Made by a program: the position numbers and the translations under genes. 64,000 nt of DNA from contig JAJDCM010000382.1 of the NCBI GenBank assembly GCA_029260825.1, positions 1,221 through 65,220 of the forward strand, in the 5' to 3' direction. Positions 24,724 through 35,291 of the stretch are shown here, piece by piece (positions within the stretch are counted from its first letter, which is position 1; each line of letters opens with the position of its first letter). This DNA comes from Planctomycetota bacterium (GTDB lineage Bacteria > Planctomycetota > JACOTG01 > JAJDCM01). A model generated the notes under the pieces. It was not told where the DNA came from. It was given only the letters and a program-made list of their open reading frames with translations, and ran no database searches.

Positions 24724-26148
24724 ATGGACCGAGCGGCCACGAATCTTGCAGTCGTGATCATGGCGGGAGGAGCGGGGACGAGATTCTGGCCCCTCAGCAC
24801 CCCCGAATTGCCCAAGCAGTTCATGACTGCCTTTGGAGACGAGTCTCTCTATCAGGAAACAGTAGCCCGCGCCCTGACCCTCGTCCCGGCGGACCGAATC
24901 ATCGTGGTAACCAACCAGTCGTTCATCGGAATGGCACGAGCACAGGCTCCGGATATTCCCGGCGCCCAGGTTGTGGGAGAACCCTACCGCCGGGATACGG
25001 CCCCCGCGGTGGCACTTGCCACGGCCATTTCCGAGAAGCTCTGGCCTGGAAGTGTCAATGTGGTGATGCCGGCCGATCACGTCATCCGGGACTCTGCGGG
25101 ATTTCGAAAGAACATCCTTGCTGCTGTCGAGAAGGCTCAAGAGGGTGCCCTCGTCACTTTGGGAATCCCTCCGACGTATCCAGCCACCACCTATGGGTAT
25201 CTTGAGACTGCTTCTTCAGACGTCAAAGAGCCTCAAAGGCTGATTCGATTCGTCGAAAAGCCGGACGGTAAACGGGCAGCTGAGTTCCTGGCCACCGGAC
25301 GCTTCTTCTGGAACAGTGGTGTTTTTGTCTTTCGTGCGGCCAGGATGATGAAGGATCTGAAAAGGCACCTCCCCGGGATGGAAAAGCTCATGTCAGGGGC
25401 AGTCGAGCAATTTCAGACGGAAAAGTTTGTCCCCGAGCTTCGAAAGGCCATGGAAGTTACTACCGCGGTCTCCATCGACTACGGAGTCATGGAGAAAGCA
25501 GAGGACATCTGGGTCGTTCCGGCTGGGTTCGACTGGTCCGACGCGGGCGGGTGGCTAGCGGCCATCGATCTCGTCGAACCCGACGGTGATGACAACCGGG
25601 TGCGTGGAGCGGTCATTCTCGATGATTGTCAGGAAAACCTTCTGCTCTCGGAGGATCCGGGAAAACCGCTGATTTGCGCCGGCTTGAAGGGGGTGATCGT
25701 TGCCAGCACTCCCGAAGGGATATTAGTCTGCAAAAAGGAAGCGGCAGAAGGGATCAAACCTCTCGTCCAGAACGTACTGGAGTCCAGAGACAGAACAGCG
25801 CGAGAAGATCATCGGCCGTGGGGTTACTATGTCGTCCTTGAAGATCTTCCCGACCACAAAGTAAAACGGATTGTTGTCGATCCGGGTCAGAGGCTCAGCC
25901 TCCAACGACATCAGTATCGAGGTGAACATTGGCACGTTGTGTCAGGATGCGCCATGGTCACAAAAGATGACGAGGAAATTCAGGTCGGGCCCGGAGAATC
26001 GGCGGAGATCCCCCAGGGAGTCTGGCACCGGGTTCGAAACCCGGGAACCGAACCTCTGGTGTTTATCGAGGTTCAACACGGAACCTACTTCGGCGAGGAT
26101 GATATCGAACGTAAGGATGATGATTACGGAAGAGTCGAACAAGTCTAA
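24724..26148 (+). CDS. manC: Mannose-1-phosphate guanylyltransferase with C-terminal cupin domain (bifunctional ManC/PMI type II)
   Basis: VVIMAGGAGTRFWPLS nucleotide-binding loop and C-terminal cupin (HQYRGEHWHVVSG). GGGAG RBS before ATG 24724. Confidence 0.8.
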   Translation: MDRAATNLAVVIMAGGAGTRFWPLSTPELPKQFMTAFGDESLYQETVARALTLVPADRIIVVTNQSFIGMARAQAPDIPGAQVVGEPYRRDTAPAVALATAISEKLWPGSVNVVMPADHVIRDSAGFRKNILAAVEKAQEGALVTLGIPPTYPATTYGYLETASSDVKEPQRLIRFVEKPDGKRAAEFLATGRFFWNSGVFVFRAARMMKDLKRHLPGMEKLMSGAVEQFQTEKFVPELRKAMEVTTAVSIDYGVMEKAEDIWVVPAGFDWSDAGGWLAAIDLVEPDGDDNRVRGAVILDDCQENLLLSEDPGKPLICAGLKGVIVASTPEGILVCKKEAAEGIKPLVQNVLESRDRTAREDHRPWGYYVVLEDLPDHKVKRIVVDPGQRLSLQRHQYRGEHWHVVSGCAMVTKDDEEIQVGPGESAEIPQGVWHRVRNPGTEPLVFIEVQHGTYFGEDDIERKDDDYGRVEQV

Positions 26149-26170
26149 CCAGGGTAAAAGGGAACATGAA

Positions 26171-26800
26171 ATGAAAGAACTGAGTGATAAGAAGGGGCGT
26201 GGATCGAGTCTTTCACAAATGGCTCTTTTCGGCCTTGTGGTATTGATCGGCCTCAGTGGCTGTCGATCCACGCCGAAAGGACGCATCAAGGAGGAATCGG
26301 AAGGGGACCTCGTCGGCGCAAGAAGCGCCGGAGCTCCTACGTTCAACAAACTCGTCAGCGGGAGCACGGAAAAGCTCCTGGATCGAGCCTCTGCAAAATA
26401 CGCCAGCCCTCGCCTGAGTGTTGCCGTGATGGAAATCGAAAACCGGAGCAACGAAGCGATCGGTGACTTCCTTGCTCAGCTGGATGATGTCATCGAGACG
26501 GTCTTTGAGAACAGTGGCTCCTACGATTCCGTGAGTCGCCGATACATCGAAGCGGTTCTTCGGGAAACCCGTCTGAAACCCGACCAGCTGGTCATTCCCA
26601 AGTATGCCCGACAGTTCGCCAGTGTCCTCGAACGACAGGATGTACCTGTCACTCACCTCCTATTTCCGCGAATCACCAGCGGAACGACCCGTGGCGATGA
26701 GGTGACCCAGAAGGACTACCTCATGTCCCTTGAGCTTCTGGACATCAGCTCGGGAAGGTTTGACAAGGAAACTCAGAGGGTGCGGAAAGAATACAATTGA
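26171..26800 (+). CDS. Lipoprotein, LpoB/CsgG-N-terminal-like fold (putative PBP-activator-like)
   Basis: Lipobox LIGLSGC. The pattern SVAVMEIENRSNE...SGSYDSVSR...DYLMSLELLDISSG resembles LpoB (VLLVDSVNNRTN...YVLYS...MQLMLVQTGEI). Similarity is recalled from memory, not a search. Confidence 0.45.
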   Translation: MKELSDKKGRGSSLSQMALFGLVVLIGLSGCRSTPKGRIKEESEGDLVGARSAGAPTFNKLVSGSTEKLLDRASAKYASPRLSVAVMEIENRSNEAIGDFLAQLDDVIETVFENSGSYDSVSRRYIEAVLRETRLKPDQLVIPKYARQFASVLERQDVPVTHLLFPRITSGTTRGDEVTQKDYLMSLELLDISSGRFDKETQRVRKEYN

Positions 26801-28167
26801 ACCGGCCTTCGTTCATCCTTGTTGTTTCCCTGCTGGGTGTGCTGGTCGTCTCGAGTTGTAAGAGCTACGATGTCCGGGTGGCCGAGGCTCGAAGTCGTTT
26901 TTTCAGAGGAGACTATCTGGGCTCGACGGAAGAGCTCCAGAAGCTCCTCGAAGATGACAGAGAGAACGCCCATCTCTATCGCCTGGAGCGATCTCTCCCT
27001 CTCCTTGCCCAGGGACGGTTCCAGGAGGCCGAGGAATCTCTGAGCCAGGCGAAAGAGCGACTGGACTTCCTCTCTCAGCCTCTCACCGTGGAATCGATGG
27101 CTGCACTTCTCACCGATGATGAAGCCATTGCTTACGGTGGGGAGGACCACGAGAAGATCCTCGTTCGTGCCGTCCTGGCGCTCGTCAACCTGATGCGAGG
27201 GGGGGGCGACGCCATTGCGTACGCCAACCAGCTGGAGGAAAAGCAAAATGAGATCATCTCCTATATAGATGAGGAGGGGGCGACACCCAAAAGCGGTTAT
27301 CAACGGATTGCTTTTGGGGCCTATCTGGCAGCGATTCTCTTCGAGGATCAGGTCCGTTTTGATCGGGCCCGCCGGCTCTTTGAGCAGGTGCTCGAATGGG
27401 AGCCGGGCTTTCCTCTGGCAGAAGAAGGAATCTTGAGAACTCGAGGAGAAGAAAAGGATCCTCCTCCCGGATTCGGAGTCGTTCACGTGATCGGCCTCGT
27501 CGGGGAGGGACCCCTCAAGATCGAGTCGTCCGAGCCCATTTCCTCCACGGCGTTGGCCCTTGCTCAGGCAATCTACCGCATCGTGTCCGATCGTGGGGTG
27601 ATTCCTTCGGGAGGCAGTATCCGGGTGCCGATTCTCGTCGGGACCCCGGATTCGGTCGATCGGCTTTCCGTTTCGGTTGACGGCTCGCTTGCAGGGGAAA
27701 CCTTGGTGCTGACCGACGTCGAGTCGGTGGCCCTTTCTCAGTTCGAAACCACGATCGATCAGATCGTCGCCCGTGCCGTCGCAAGAAGAACGATCAAGCT
27801 CGTCATTCTTGAGGGGGCGACCCATCATCTTGCCCGAAAAGACAAACGGCAATACAGCGAACAGGAGTTTGCCGTCGATCTCCTCACCAGTGCCGCTGGC
27901 TTCCTGTGGACAGAAACGGAGAAAACCGACACCCGGTGCTGGTCTTGCCTCCCCTCATCGTTTCAGGTCAAACGCCTGGTCGTCCCCGCGGGAGAAGCTT
28001 GGATCGAAGTTGCCCCCGTCCTGAACGGGCGGCAGGTGGCGCCGCCGAGTCGTACCCGGGTGCTCGTTCGGGATGGTTATGCTACCTTCGTGCTGGCGGT
28101 TGCGCCGGGGGCGATCTCCCCTTCACTCCTCAGCTCGGATCCGGGCACGGAGGAGCCGGCGCGCTGA
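26797..28167 (+). CDS. Lipoprotein of unknown function (helical N-region), 4-nt overlap with upstream lipoprotein gene
   Basis: Lipobox LVVSSC. ATGA overlap at 26797-26800. Confidence 0.5.
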   Translation: MNRPSFILVVSLLGVLVVSSCKSYDVRVAEARSRFFRGDYLGSTEELQKLLEDDRENAHLYRLERSLPLLAQGRFQEAEESLSQAKERLDFLSQPLTVESMAALLTDDEAIAYGGEDHEKILVRAVLALVNLMRGGGDAIAYANQLEEKQNEIISYIDEEGATPKSGYQRIAFGAYLAAILFEDQVRFDRARRLFEQVLEWEPGFPLAEEGILRTRGEEKDPPPGFGVVHVIGLVGEGPLKIESSEPISSTALALAQAIYRIVSDRGVIPSGGSIRVPILVGTPDSVDRLSVSVDGSLAGETLVLTDVESVALSQFETTIDQIVARAVARRTIKLVILEGATHHLARKDKRQYSEQEFAVDLLTSAAGFLWTETEKTDTRCWSCLPSSFQVKRLVVPAGEAWIEVAPVLNGRQVAPPSRTRVLVRDGYATFVLAVAPGAISPSLLSSDPGTEEPAR

Positions 28168-28215
28168 ACGATTTCCCTTCGTATTGGCCCTGATCCGGGA
28201 AGGTGTGAGGCGGCG

Positions 28216-29610
28216 GTGTCGAACCCATCGGTTTGTGTCATCAACGTAGTTGGTCTGACCGAGGCGTGTCTTGGGCCTCACACACCAGCGCTCTGTCGGC
28301 TCCGGTCAGAGGGGGGAGGGAATCGCTTCGATGGGGTCCTACCCGCCGTGACCTCGACGGCTCAAGCAACTCTGCTCACCGGAGCACGCCCCCAAGACCA
28401 CGGAATCGTCGCCAATGGGTGGCTCTTTCGAGATACCCGGGAAGTGCGCTTCTGGCAACAGTCTCGCCATCTCATCCAGGGAGAGCCGGTCTACGAAACA
28501 GCGCGTCGACGAGCGCGAGACAAGGGACGGAAGTTCACCACGGCAAAACTCTTCTGGTGGTTCAACCAGGGGTGCGGAGTCGACATCTCCGTAACACCCA
28601 AGCCTCACTATGGTGCCGACGGATCCAAGGCTTTCGACATCATGGGGTATCCATCCGGAATCGCCCCGACCCTCACATCCAAGCTCGGTCCTTTTCCTTT
28701 TCACACGTTCTGGGGGCCGATGGCCGGGCTTCCGGCGACTTCCTGGATTGCCCGTTGCGCCGAGCATGTGTTGCATGAGCACCGTCCGGATCTCAGTTTT
28801 GTTTATCTTCCCCATCTGGATTATGATTTTCAAAGGTTTGGCCCCGAGTTTCCGGAAGCAAAACAACGTCTCTCGGAAGTGGATGAGTGTGCGGGTCGGG
28901 TGATTGCCGCCGCAAGAGAGGTCGGAGCGACGGTGGTTTGCCTCTCCGAATATGGTCTGGTTCCGGTGCAGCGAGCCGTACTGATCAATCAAGCCCTTCG
29001 CCGCAAGGGCTGGCTTCAGGTTCGCGAGGGGCCCTTTGGCGAAATGCTGGATCCATATGGATCTGGCGCATTCGCCGTCGCCGACCATCAAGTCGCCCAT
29101 GTTTATGTTTTCGAGGCAGGCCTGATCAACGCGGTGGCCCGAGAGATTTCCAGCCTGGAAGGAGTGAACCAGGTTCTCGTTGGTTCCGACATCATGAAAG
29201 CCGGACTCGCTCACGAAAGAAGTGGGGAAGTGATCGCCCTTGCCGATGCAGACGCCTGGTTTGCTTATCCCTACTGGCTTGACGATCGGAAAGCGCCGGA
29301 TTTTGCTCGTACCGTGGATATCCATCGAAAGCCAGGCTATGACCCGTGCGAGTTGTTCTTTGATCCAGACCTATCCGCGCCTCGTCTCCGAGCGATGTTC
29401 AAGCTTCTCAAGAAGAAACTCGGGTTTCGCATGCTGATGGACTTGATCCCCCTCGATCCGTCTCCGGTTCGGGGGAGTCACGGGCTTCTCGCCGGTTCAT
29501 CCTCCGAAAAGCCGATCTTGCTTTCGGATCGAATCGACGCATTTCAAACCGATCCATTTCCCATGACGGGCTTCAAGGATGCTCTCCTTGGACTTCTGGA
29601 TCTGAACTGA
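28216..29610 (+). CDS. Alkaline-phosphatase-superfamily type I phosphodiesterase/nucleotide pyrophosphatase-like enzyme
   Basis: N-terminus VCVINVVGLTEA...LPAVTSTAQATLLTGARPQDHGIV (NPP-like Thr nucleophile context). GTG start at 28216 as called by the track. Confidence 0.7.
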   Translation: MSNPSVCVINVVGLTEACLGPHTPALCRLRSEGGGNRFDGVLPAVTSTAQATLLTGARPQDHGIVANGWLFRDTREVRFWQQSRHLIQGEPVYETARRRARDKGRKFTTAKLFWWFNQGCGVDISVTPKPHYGADGSKAFDIMGYPSGIAPTLTSKLGPFPFHTFWGPMAGLPATSWIARCAEHVLHEHRPDLSFVYLPHLDYDFQRFGPEFPEAKQRLSEVDECAGRVIAAAREVGATVVCLSEYGLVPVQRAVLINQALRRKGWLQVREGPFGEMLDPYGSGAFAVADHQVAHVYVFEAGLINAVAREISSLEGVNQVLVGSDIMKAGLAHERSGEVIALADADAWFAYPYWLDDRKAPDFARTVDIHRKPGYDPCELFFDPDLSAPRLRAMFKLLKKKLGFRMLMDLIPLDPSPVRGSHGLLAGSSSEKPILLSDRIDAFQTDPFPMTGFKDALLGLLDLN

Positions 29611-29755
29611 GAAACCAAGGGTTGGGAGTGGTATTCGCATTCCCATGGGCTGGAGGGATGCTTGGGGCAGCAACTGACCTGAGCCCGGAAGGGGAAGATA
29701 GAAGGGGCAACGACCATCGAGTCGGGGCCGAGCAAGAAGAAGGGGTAGGAAAAGA

Positions 29756-32617
29756 ATGGGAATGGGTTTGGTACCTGGTGATCGTGGGAGACGAATTCTC
29801 CTTTTGATTCTCGTTTTGATGTTTCTTTCCATCCAAGGACAAAAAAAAGCGGGTGCGGAAGAGACCGGAACCATCCGCTTCACCGACAACGTCTTCAAGA
29901 AAACCTGGGTTCTCGTTCCTGAAAGACGGGAAGTCATGATCCAGTTCCGCCCCGGGGTTGATGAAGAGGAGGCGATGCGAATCGCCCGCTCTCTCCTTCT
30001 GACCGAAAGGAAGCCCTTTGATCCTCGCCATGGATTTGGGGTGTTCGGATTCGCCAATGAGGCGCCCCTTTCCGGGCCCCTCCTGAGAGAGCTCCGGGAG
30101 CAGCCGGAAGTCGTTGCAGCGATGTTTCCGCGCATCGACCAGGATGGCTTCCTCAAGTACTTCTTGCCAGGAGAGCTGACGGTTCAGTTCAACAACAATG
30201 TTTCCTTCCCCCGAATGATGGAAGTACTCCAGGACCTGGAAACCCGGGTGATTCGCGACCAGTGGACTCCCGGTTATTTCACCGTCTCCGTCCCTCCCGG
30301 AGAAACCGTCTTTTCCGCCATGGAACGCATCGGAAAGACCAAGGAGATCCTGTTTTGCGAGCCCAGCTACTTCAGTTACAACGATGATCTTTCCCCCGTC
30401 AACGACCCTCTTTTCTCCGACCAATGGCATCTCATGAACACGGGACAACTGGAGGAATCGACTGCATCTTCGGACATGAATGTCCCGCAGGCCTGGTCGG
30501 TAACGACGGGAGATCCGGATGTTGTCATTGCCGTCATTGACACGGGAATCGACCTGAGTCACCCGGATCTTGTTGCCAACATCCTCCCCCGAAACGGAGA
30601 GGATTGGAATTTCGCCAGCACATCCGAAGAGGAGCCCACCGACGTAGGAAACCACGGGACCGCATGCAATGGAATCGTCGCCGCTGTTCAAGAGAACGGG
30701 ATCGGTGTCTCTGGCGTGGCTCCCGGTTGTAGCCTCATGCCTCTCAAGATCGATCTCGTAGCAGGTGCCAATGCAAACCGAGCGGATGCCATCAACTATG
30801 CCGCGAGCCGACGCCCCGAATTCAAAGCCATGATCTTGAGCTTGAGCTGGCGGATGTCGATTGGCGATTTCACCGCGGTCGGACTCGCAGTGCGAAATGC
30901 GTGGGAAGCAGACTGCATCATCTTGGCTGCATCGGGAAACGACAACGGCCCGATCAGTTATCCTGCAAAATACCCGGAGGTGATCGCGGTAGGCGCGACA
31001 ACTCCCTGCGATGAACGAAAGAGCCCGACCAGCTGCGATGGCGAGACGTTCTGGGGAAGCAGCTTCGGACCCCAGCAAGAGGTTGTCGCTCCGGGTGTGA
31101 GAATTGTCACGACCGATCGGGTGGGAGCCTCTGGCTACAGTAGCACCGACTATACGATGACATTCAATGGCACTTCCGCCGCTTGCCCGGCCGCCGCTGG
31201 AGTCATGGGACTCATCTACTCGACAAACCCCAACCTGACCAATGAGCAGGCGCGGTCCGTACTCCGCTATTCCGCCTCGGATGAGGTCGGGGTGGCCGGG
31301 GAAGATCTTCCCGGTTTCGATCCCTTCATGGGATACGGGCGCGTCGATGCGGAGAACGCGGTTCGCCTGGCTCACGATCATCCATTCCTGACCGCGGATG
31401 ATTTGAAGGTCAGGGATCAACGGTTCGGCAATGGCAACGAAGGGTTCGATCCGGGAGAATTTGGAACCATGGATCTGACCGTTCAGAACCGCGGAACGGG
31501 GGATGCTTCGGATGTCATCGCAACCCTGGTGACGGATCGTCCCGACCTCGTGACCCTGGTCGACTCGACCGTTCGGATCCCCGGCGTTGAGGCCTCCGCA
31601 CGTCGAACGGAGAAGAGAGCCTTCTCTTTCATTGTCTCGCCGGAAGCTTCCTGTGGGGCCGAGCTGGTTCTCGAAGTCCATCTCGAATATCAGGGCATTC
31701 AGATCACCCGGGAATTTCCATCGTTCATCGGCAGTGAAACCCAGGAGTTCTTTGATGACCTTGAGTCGGGGGGCGGAAACTTCACAACCTCATCTCCGAC
31801 CGGAAACGGAGACTGGAATCTTCTTGAGTTTGGGGCGTCCCGGAGTCCGGTACACTCCTGGTTCACGAGCGATGTCGCAGAGATCAAAGAGGATCGACTG
31901 ATCCTGAGCTACGGTCTACTTCCCCAGGGAGCCTTGCTTTCCTTCTGGCATCTCTACTTCACCGAAGACTTCTTCGATGGGGGAGTGATCGAGATCTCTA
32001 CCGACGGACTTCATTTCGAGGATCTGGGTCCGTTCATCCGTCAGGGAGAGTATGACCGGACTCTCTCGTCCGGATTCGGGAATCCACTCGAAGGAAGGAA
32101 TGCCTGGACCGGGAGCTCCGGGTCGACCATGAGCAACGTTCTCGTGGATCTCTCCTCTTTTTTCGGTAACTCGGTTACCATCCGATGGCGGTTTGGTTGT
32201 GACAGCTCGCAAGCTAGTGACGGATGGTATGTGGATGACATCTCGATTCTCACGCCTGATTGTGAGACGTTCCAACCCGAGGTCGGTGCAACCCTCTCCC
32301 TTGGAACGACCGATGCCTCCGCAGGCGACTCGGTCGACTTTCAGGTGATTCTTTCAAATCCTGGTTTCACCCGTCGAAACGTCCAGATCAAGATTTCGTT
32401 CCTTCTGCCGGGAAGGGAACGCCTTCTCTCGATTCCGATGTTCTCAAGATGGGTTCAACTGCCGGAAACCGACGTTCAAACCGAGGACTTTCAGGTTCAG
32501 CTCCCATCGCCTCTCCCGACCGTCATGATCGGGGAAATCCTTGCGGTCGTTCGTGTCACAAACGAGGACGGAAGAATTCTCTCGGTGGATGGATTGAGGT
32601 TCGTCGCCGGTGAATGA
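29756..32617 (+). CDS. Secreted subtilisin-like serine protease (S8) with large C-terminal extension
   Basis: Signal peptide. Catalytic triad contexts VIDTGIDLSHPDL (Asp), HGTACNGIVAA (His), GTSAACPAAAGVMGL (Ser). The 702-aa antisense ORF 29573..31681 is a shadow. Confidence 0.85.
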   Translation: MGMGLVPGDRGRRILLLILVLMFLSIQGQKKAGAEETGTIRFTDNVFKKTWVLVPERREVMIQFRPGVDEEEAMRIARSLLLTERKPFDPRHGFGVFGFANEAPLSGPLLRELREQPEVVAAMFPRIDQDGFLKYFLPGELTVQFNNNVSFPRMMEVLQDLETRVIRDQWTPGYFTVSVPPGETVFSAMERIGKTKEILFCEPSYFSYNDDLSPVNDPLFSDQWHLMNTGQLEESTASSDMNVPQAWSVTTGDPDVVIAVIDTGIDLSHPDLVANILPRNGEDWNFASTSEEEPTDVGNHGTACNGIVAAVQENGIGVSGVAPGCSLMPLKIDLVAGANANRADAINYAASRRPEFKAMILSLSWRMSIGDFTAVGLAVRNAWEADCIILAASGNDNGPISYPAKYPEVIAVGATTPCDERKSPTSCDGETFWGSSFGPQQEVVAPGVRIVTTDRVGASGYSSTDYTMTFNGTSAACPAAAGVMGLIYSTNPNLTNEQARSVLRYSASDEVGVAGEDLPGFDPFMGYGRVDAENAVRLAHDHPFLTADDLKVRDQRFGNGNEGFDPGEFGTMDLTVQNRGTGDASDVIATLVTDRPDLVTLVDSTVRIPGVEASARRTEKRAFSFIVSPEASCGAELVLEVHLEYQGIQITREFPSFIGSETQEFFDDLESGGGNFTTSSPTGNGDWNLLEFGASRSPVHSWFTSDVAEIKEDRLILSYGLLPQGALLSFWHLYFTEDFFDGGVIEISTDGLHFEDLGPFIRQGEYDRTLSSGFGNPLEGRNAWTGSSGSTMSNVLVDLSSFFGNSVTIRWRFGCDSSQASDGWYVDDISILTPDCETFQPEVGATLSLGTTDASAGDSVDFQVILSNPGFTRRNVQIKISFLLPGRERLLSIPMFSRWVQLPETDVQTEDFQVQLPSPLPTVMIGEILAVVRVTNEDGRILSVDGLRFVAGE

Positions 32618-32643
32618 TCCGGGTTCGAGAAGTGAATCAAGAG

Positions 32644-33414
32644 TTAGTAGGTCTCCACGGCGACCCCTGGATAGGGGCGACGCATGGCAGCACTCCTTCG
32701 TCTCAAGCTCTGGCGAAAAATGCGAGAACCAGGGAGGATCGGTGGGGCGGTCGCCTCTTTGGATACGGCCAGGTGACTGGCAATGATGCTCGCTGCGGTT
32801 CCGTAGTGACGCCCCGCGATGTGGATGCCGTCCATCCCCATCAGCTTTCCTAGATCTCGCTCCAGGGTGATCGGATAGATGCTCGAAAGCGAAGAGAGCT
32901 TCTCACAGAGATCAACGATGCCAAGCTGAGCCTGTTTCAGGGTGTACTTACGGAGTGGAAAAAGGACCCCCTTGAGGATGCGAAAGCGAAGGGGCGACAT
33001 TCGTAGCACCGCAGCCGCAGGAGGGATCATGAGGGTGACACGAACCCCTCCCTCGGTAAGCTTGTCGATGATCCGGCTCACCCAATCGGCAATTTCCCCG
33101 GGGGTGGCCCCATAAAGAAGATCGTTGCCCGTATCCATGAGAATCGCTCGAGGAGGGGCGCTTGGATTCTCTTGTGCTATTCCGGCGAGAAGAGCCTCCT
33201 CGATGCCGCAGGAAACAAGGGGCTCGACCCTTCGAAAGGCAAAGGCCCCCGGGAGCCCATATCCTCGCCCCGGTCCTTTGGCCACGAAAACACGATGAGA
33301 GATCCTGGGCTCTGCAATGCGAAGCGAATCGAGAATCCCGTAAAAAAGAAGGGACAGGTTGCTCGCTCCAAGAAGAGCGATTCGACCCTGCTGATCGCAA
33401 GAACGGGTGTTCAC
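32644..33414 (-). CDS. SGNH/GDSL-type hydrolase-like protein
   Basis: ALLGASN (block I) and MDTGNDLL (GxND block III). Confidence 0.5.
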   Translation of the reverse strand: MNTRSCDQQGRIALLGASNLSLLFYGILDSLRIAEPRISHRVFVAKGPGRGYGLPGAFAFRRVEPLVSCGIEEALLAGIAQENPSAPPRAILMDTGNDLLYGATPGEIADWVSRIIDKLTEGGVRVTLMIPPAAAVLRMSPLRFRILKGVLFPLRKYTLKQAQLGIVDLCEKLSSLSSIYPITLERDLGKLMGMDGIHIAGRHYGTAASIIASHLAVSKEATAPPILPGSRIFRQSLRRRSAAMRRPYPGVAVETY

Positions 33415-33428
33415 GGGAATAAGGCTCG

Positions 33429-34952
33429 CTACGACTTTGACCCGAGGCCCATGAGAAACTCAGCGTTCGTCCCTGTCTTTCGCATCTTGTCGGTGAGGAG
33501 TTCCATGGCTTCAACCGGGTTCATCTCGTTGAGAACCTTTCTCAGCAACCAGACCAGCGTCAACTCATCCTTCTGGAGAATGAGCTCTTCCTTTCGAGTT
33601 CCCGAGCGGTTGATGTCGATGGCCGGCCAGATTCTCTTGTCTGCCAGTCGACGATCAAGATGAAGCTCCATATTGCCGGTGCCTTTGAACTCTTCGAAGA
33701 TGACCTCGTCCATGCGACTACCGGTGTCGATGAGCGCGGTGGCAAGGATGGTGAGGCTGCCTCCTTCTTCAATGTTGCGGGCGGCTCCAAAGAAGCGTTT
33801 GGGCTTTTGTAGAGCGCTGGCGTCCACACCACCGGAGAGGATCTTTCCGCTGTGTGGCACCTCCGAATTGTAGGCCCGTCCGAGGCGAGTGATGGAGTCG
33901 AGCAAGATCACCACGTCCCGACCGAACTCAACCATGCGCTTTGCTTTTTCGATGACCATCTCGGCGACCTGAATGTGCCTTGCCGACGGCTCATCGAACG
34001 TCGAGCTGATGACTTCTCCGCGAACCGAGCGCTCCATGTCGGTCACTTCCTCGGGGCGCTCATCGATCAGCAAGACGATCAGGTCAACCTGGGGGTGATT
34101 GGTGGAGATGGAGTTGGCGAGCTTCTGCAGAAGGATCGTCTTTCCCGTTCTCGGCGGTGCAACGATCAACCCTCGCTGCCCCATGCCAATGGGTGTGACA
34201 AGGTCCATGATTCGCATTTCGATCTCGTCAGAAGCCGTCTCGAGAGCGATCCGGTTTTCCGGATAAAGAGGGGTGAGATCATCAAAGACAATCTTGCCGA
34301 TCAGCCGATCCGGTTCTTCATAGTTGATTGCCTCAACCTTGAGGAGGGCGAAATACTTCTCGCTCTCTTTCGGGGGGCGAATCTGGCCGGAAACCATGGA
34401 TCCAGTTCGGAGACCAAACCGCCGTATCTGGGACGGAGACACGTAAATGTCGTCCGGACAGGGCATGTAGTTGTAGTCAGGCGAGCGCAAGAATCCAAAC
34501 CCATCAGGAAGAACCTCAAGAACTCCTTCGCCATACATGAGCCCGCTGGTGTTGATCCGGTCTTTCAGGATCTTGAAGATCAAGTCCTGCTTCTTGAGGC
34601 CGGAATACTCCTCGATTCCTTCCTGCTTGGCGGTCTCGATGAGCTCGGACATGGTCATCCGCTGGAGCTCGGAGATGTGAAGCTCACCTTTTTTTGCCGC
34701 TTCGTACCGGGCATTGGGATCTCCCGGCCGGCGCTCCGTTTTTGGCGCTTCCTCTTCCACCGGCAACTCCAGTTGCTCCGGTTTGGGATCACCATCCTTG
34801 GAGGCCTTGGCGAGATCTTCTTTCTTGTCAGCAACTACCGCGCTGACCGTCTTTTCCTTGGTCGTCTTCTTTCTTGCTTTGGTCGTGGTGACCTTGCTCT
34901 TGGCGGGCATCGTAACTCTCCAATGTTTGTGCGGAAGGTTTGGGGGCACCAA
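33429..34952 (-). CDS. rho: Transcription termination factor Rho with Lys-rich N-terminal insertion
   Basis: RNA-binding domain ([17 protein letters not shown]), Walker [22 protein letters not shown] loops. The true start may be MPAKSK at 34910. Confidence 0.9.
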   Translation of the reverse strand: MVPPNLPHKHWRVTMPAKSKVTTTKARKKTTKEKTVSAVVADKKEDLAKASKDGDPKPEQLELPVEEEAPKTERRPGDPNARYEAAKKGELHISELQRMTMSELIETAKQEGIEEYSGLKKQDLIFKILKDRINTSGLMYGEGVLEVLPDGFGFLRSPDYNYMPCPDDIYVSPSQIRRFGLRTGSMVSGQIRPPKESEKYFALLKVEAINYEEPDRLIGKIVFDDLTPLYPENRIALETASDEIEMRIMDLVTPIGMGQRGLIVAPPRTGKTILLQKLANSISTNHPQVDLIVLLIDERPEEVTDMERSVRGEVISSTFDEPSARHIQVAEMVIEKAKRMVEFGRDVVILLDSITRLGRAYNSEVPHSGKILSGGVDASALQKPKRFFGAARNIEEGGSLTILATALIDTGSRMDEVIFEEFKGTGNMELHLDRRLADKRIWPAIDINRSGTRKEELILQKDELTLVWLLRKVLNEMNPVEAMELLTDKMRKTGTNAEFLMGLGSKS

Positions 34953-35233
34953 TAAGGCAGGGTTGTCCCCAGGCGTGAATAGAAATTAGAAGGTTCTCCA
35001 ACCGAATCATCATCTCCACCCAAAGAAGAAAGCCCAACTTGTTTTGGGGTGGGACAACCGTGGCGGCGGGAGAAAAAATAAGAAAGGAACGTGTGAAAAC
35101 TTAACGGCTGATGACCATCGTGTATACCACGCACGAACACAAAGGGTCAACAGATTTTGATGGGAGCCCCAACATCTTGTCCTTCTCAGCCGGGGTGGCA
35201 AGTGACGGACAGAATGAATTTTTGAGCGGGGGG

Positions 35234-35261
35234 TTGAACTGCTGTCTTAAATGAGTATTTA
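35234..35261 (+). promoter_or_regulatory. Candidate sigma70 promoter for tRNA-Leu (TTGAAC-N16-TATTTA)
   Basis: -35 TTGAAC at 35234-35239 and -10 TATTTA at 35256-35261, about 30 nt upstream of the tRNA. It is embedded in an 8-bp inverted repeat GGGTTGAA/TTCAACCC (35231-38 and 35262-69). Confidence 0.35.
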
Positions 35262-35291
35262 TTCAACCCTCAAATGCCAATTGGAGCATCA

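Noticed and set aside
29573-31681. 702-aa minus-strand ORF
   Set aside because: It is antisense to the subtilisin gene, which has unambiguous D/H/S catalytic motifs. High GC suppresses stop codons on the opposite strand. The product is low-complexity Gly/Arg-rich.
33852-34955. 367-aa plus-strand ORF
   Set aside because: Antisense to rho.
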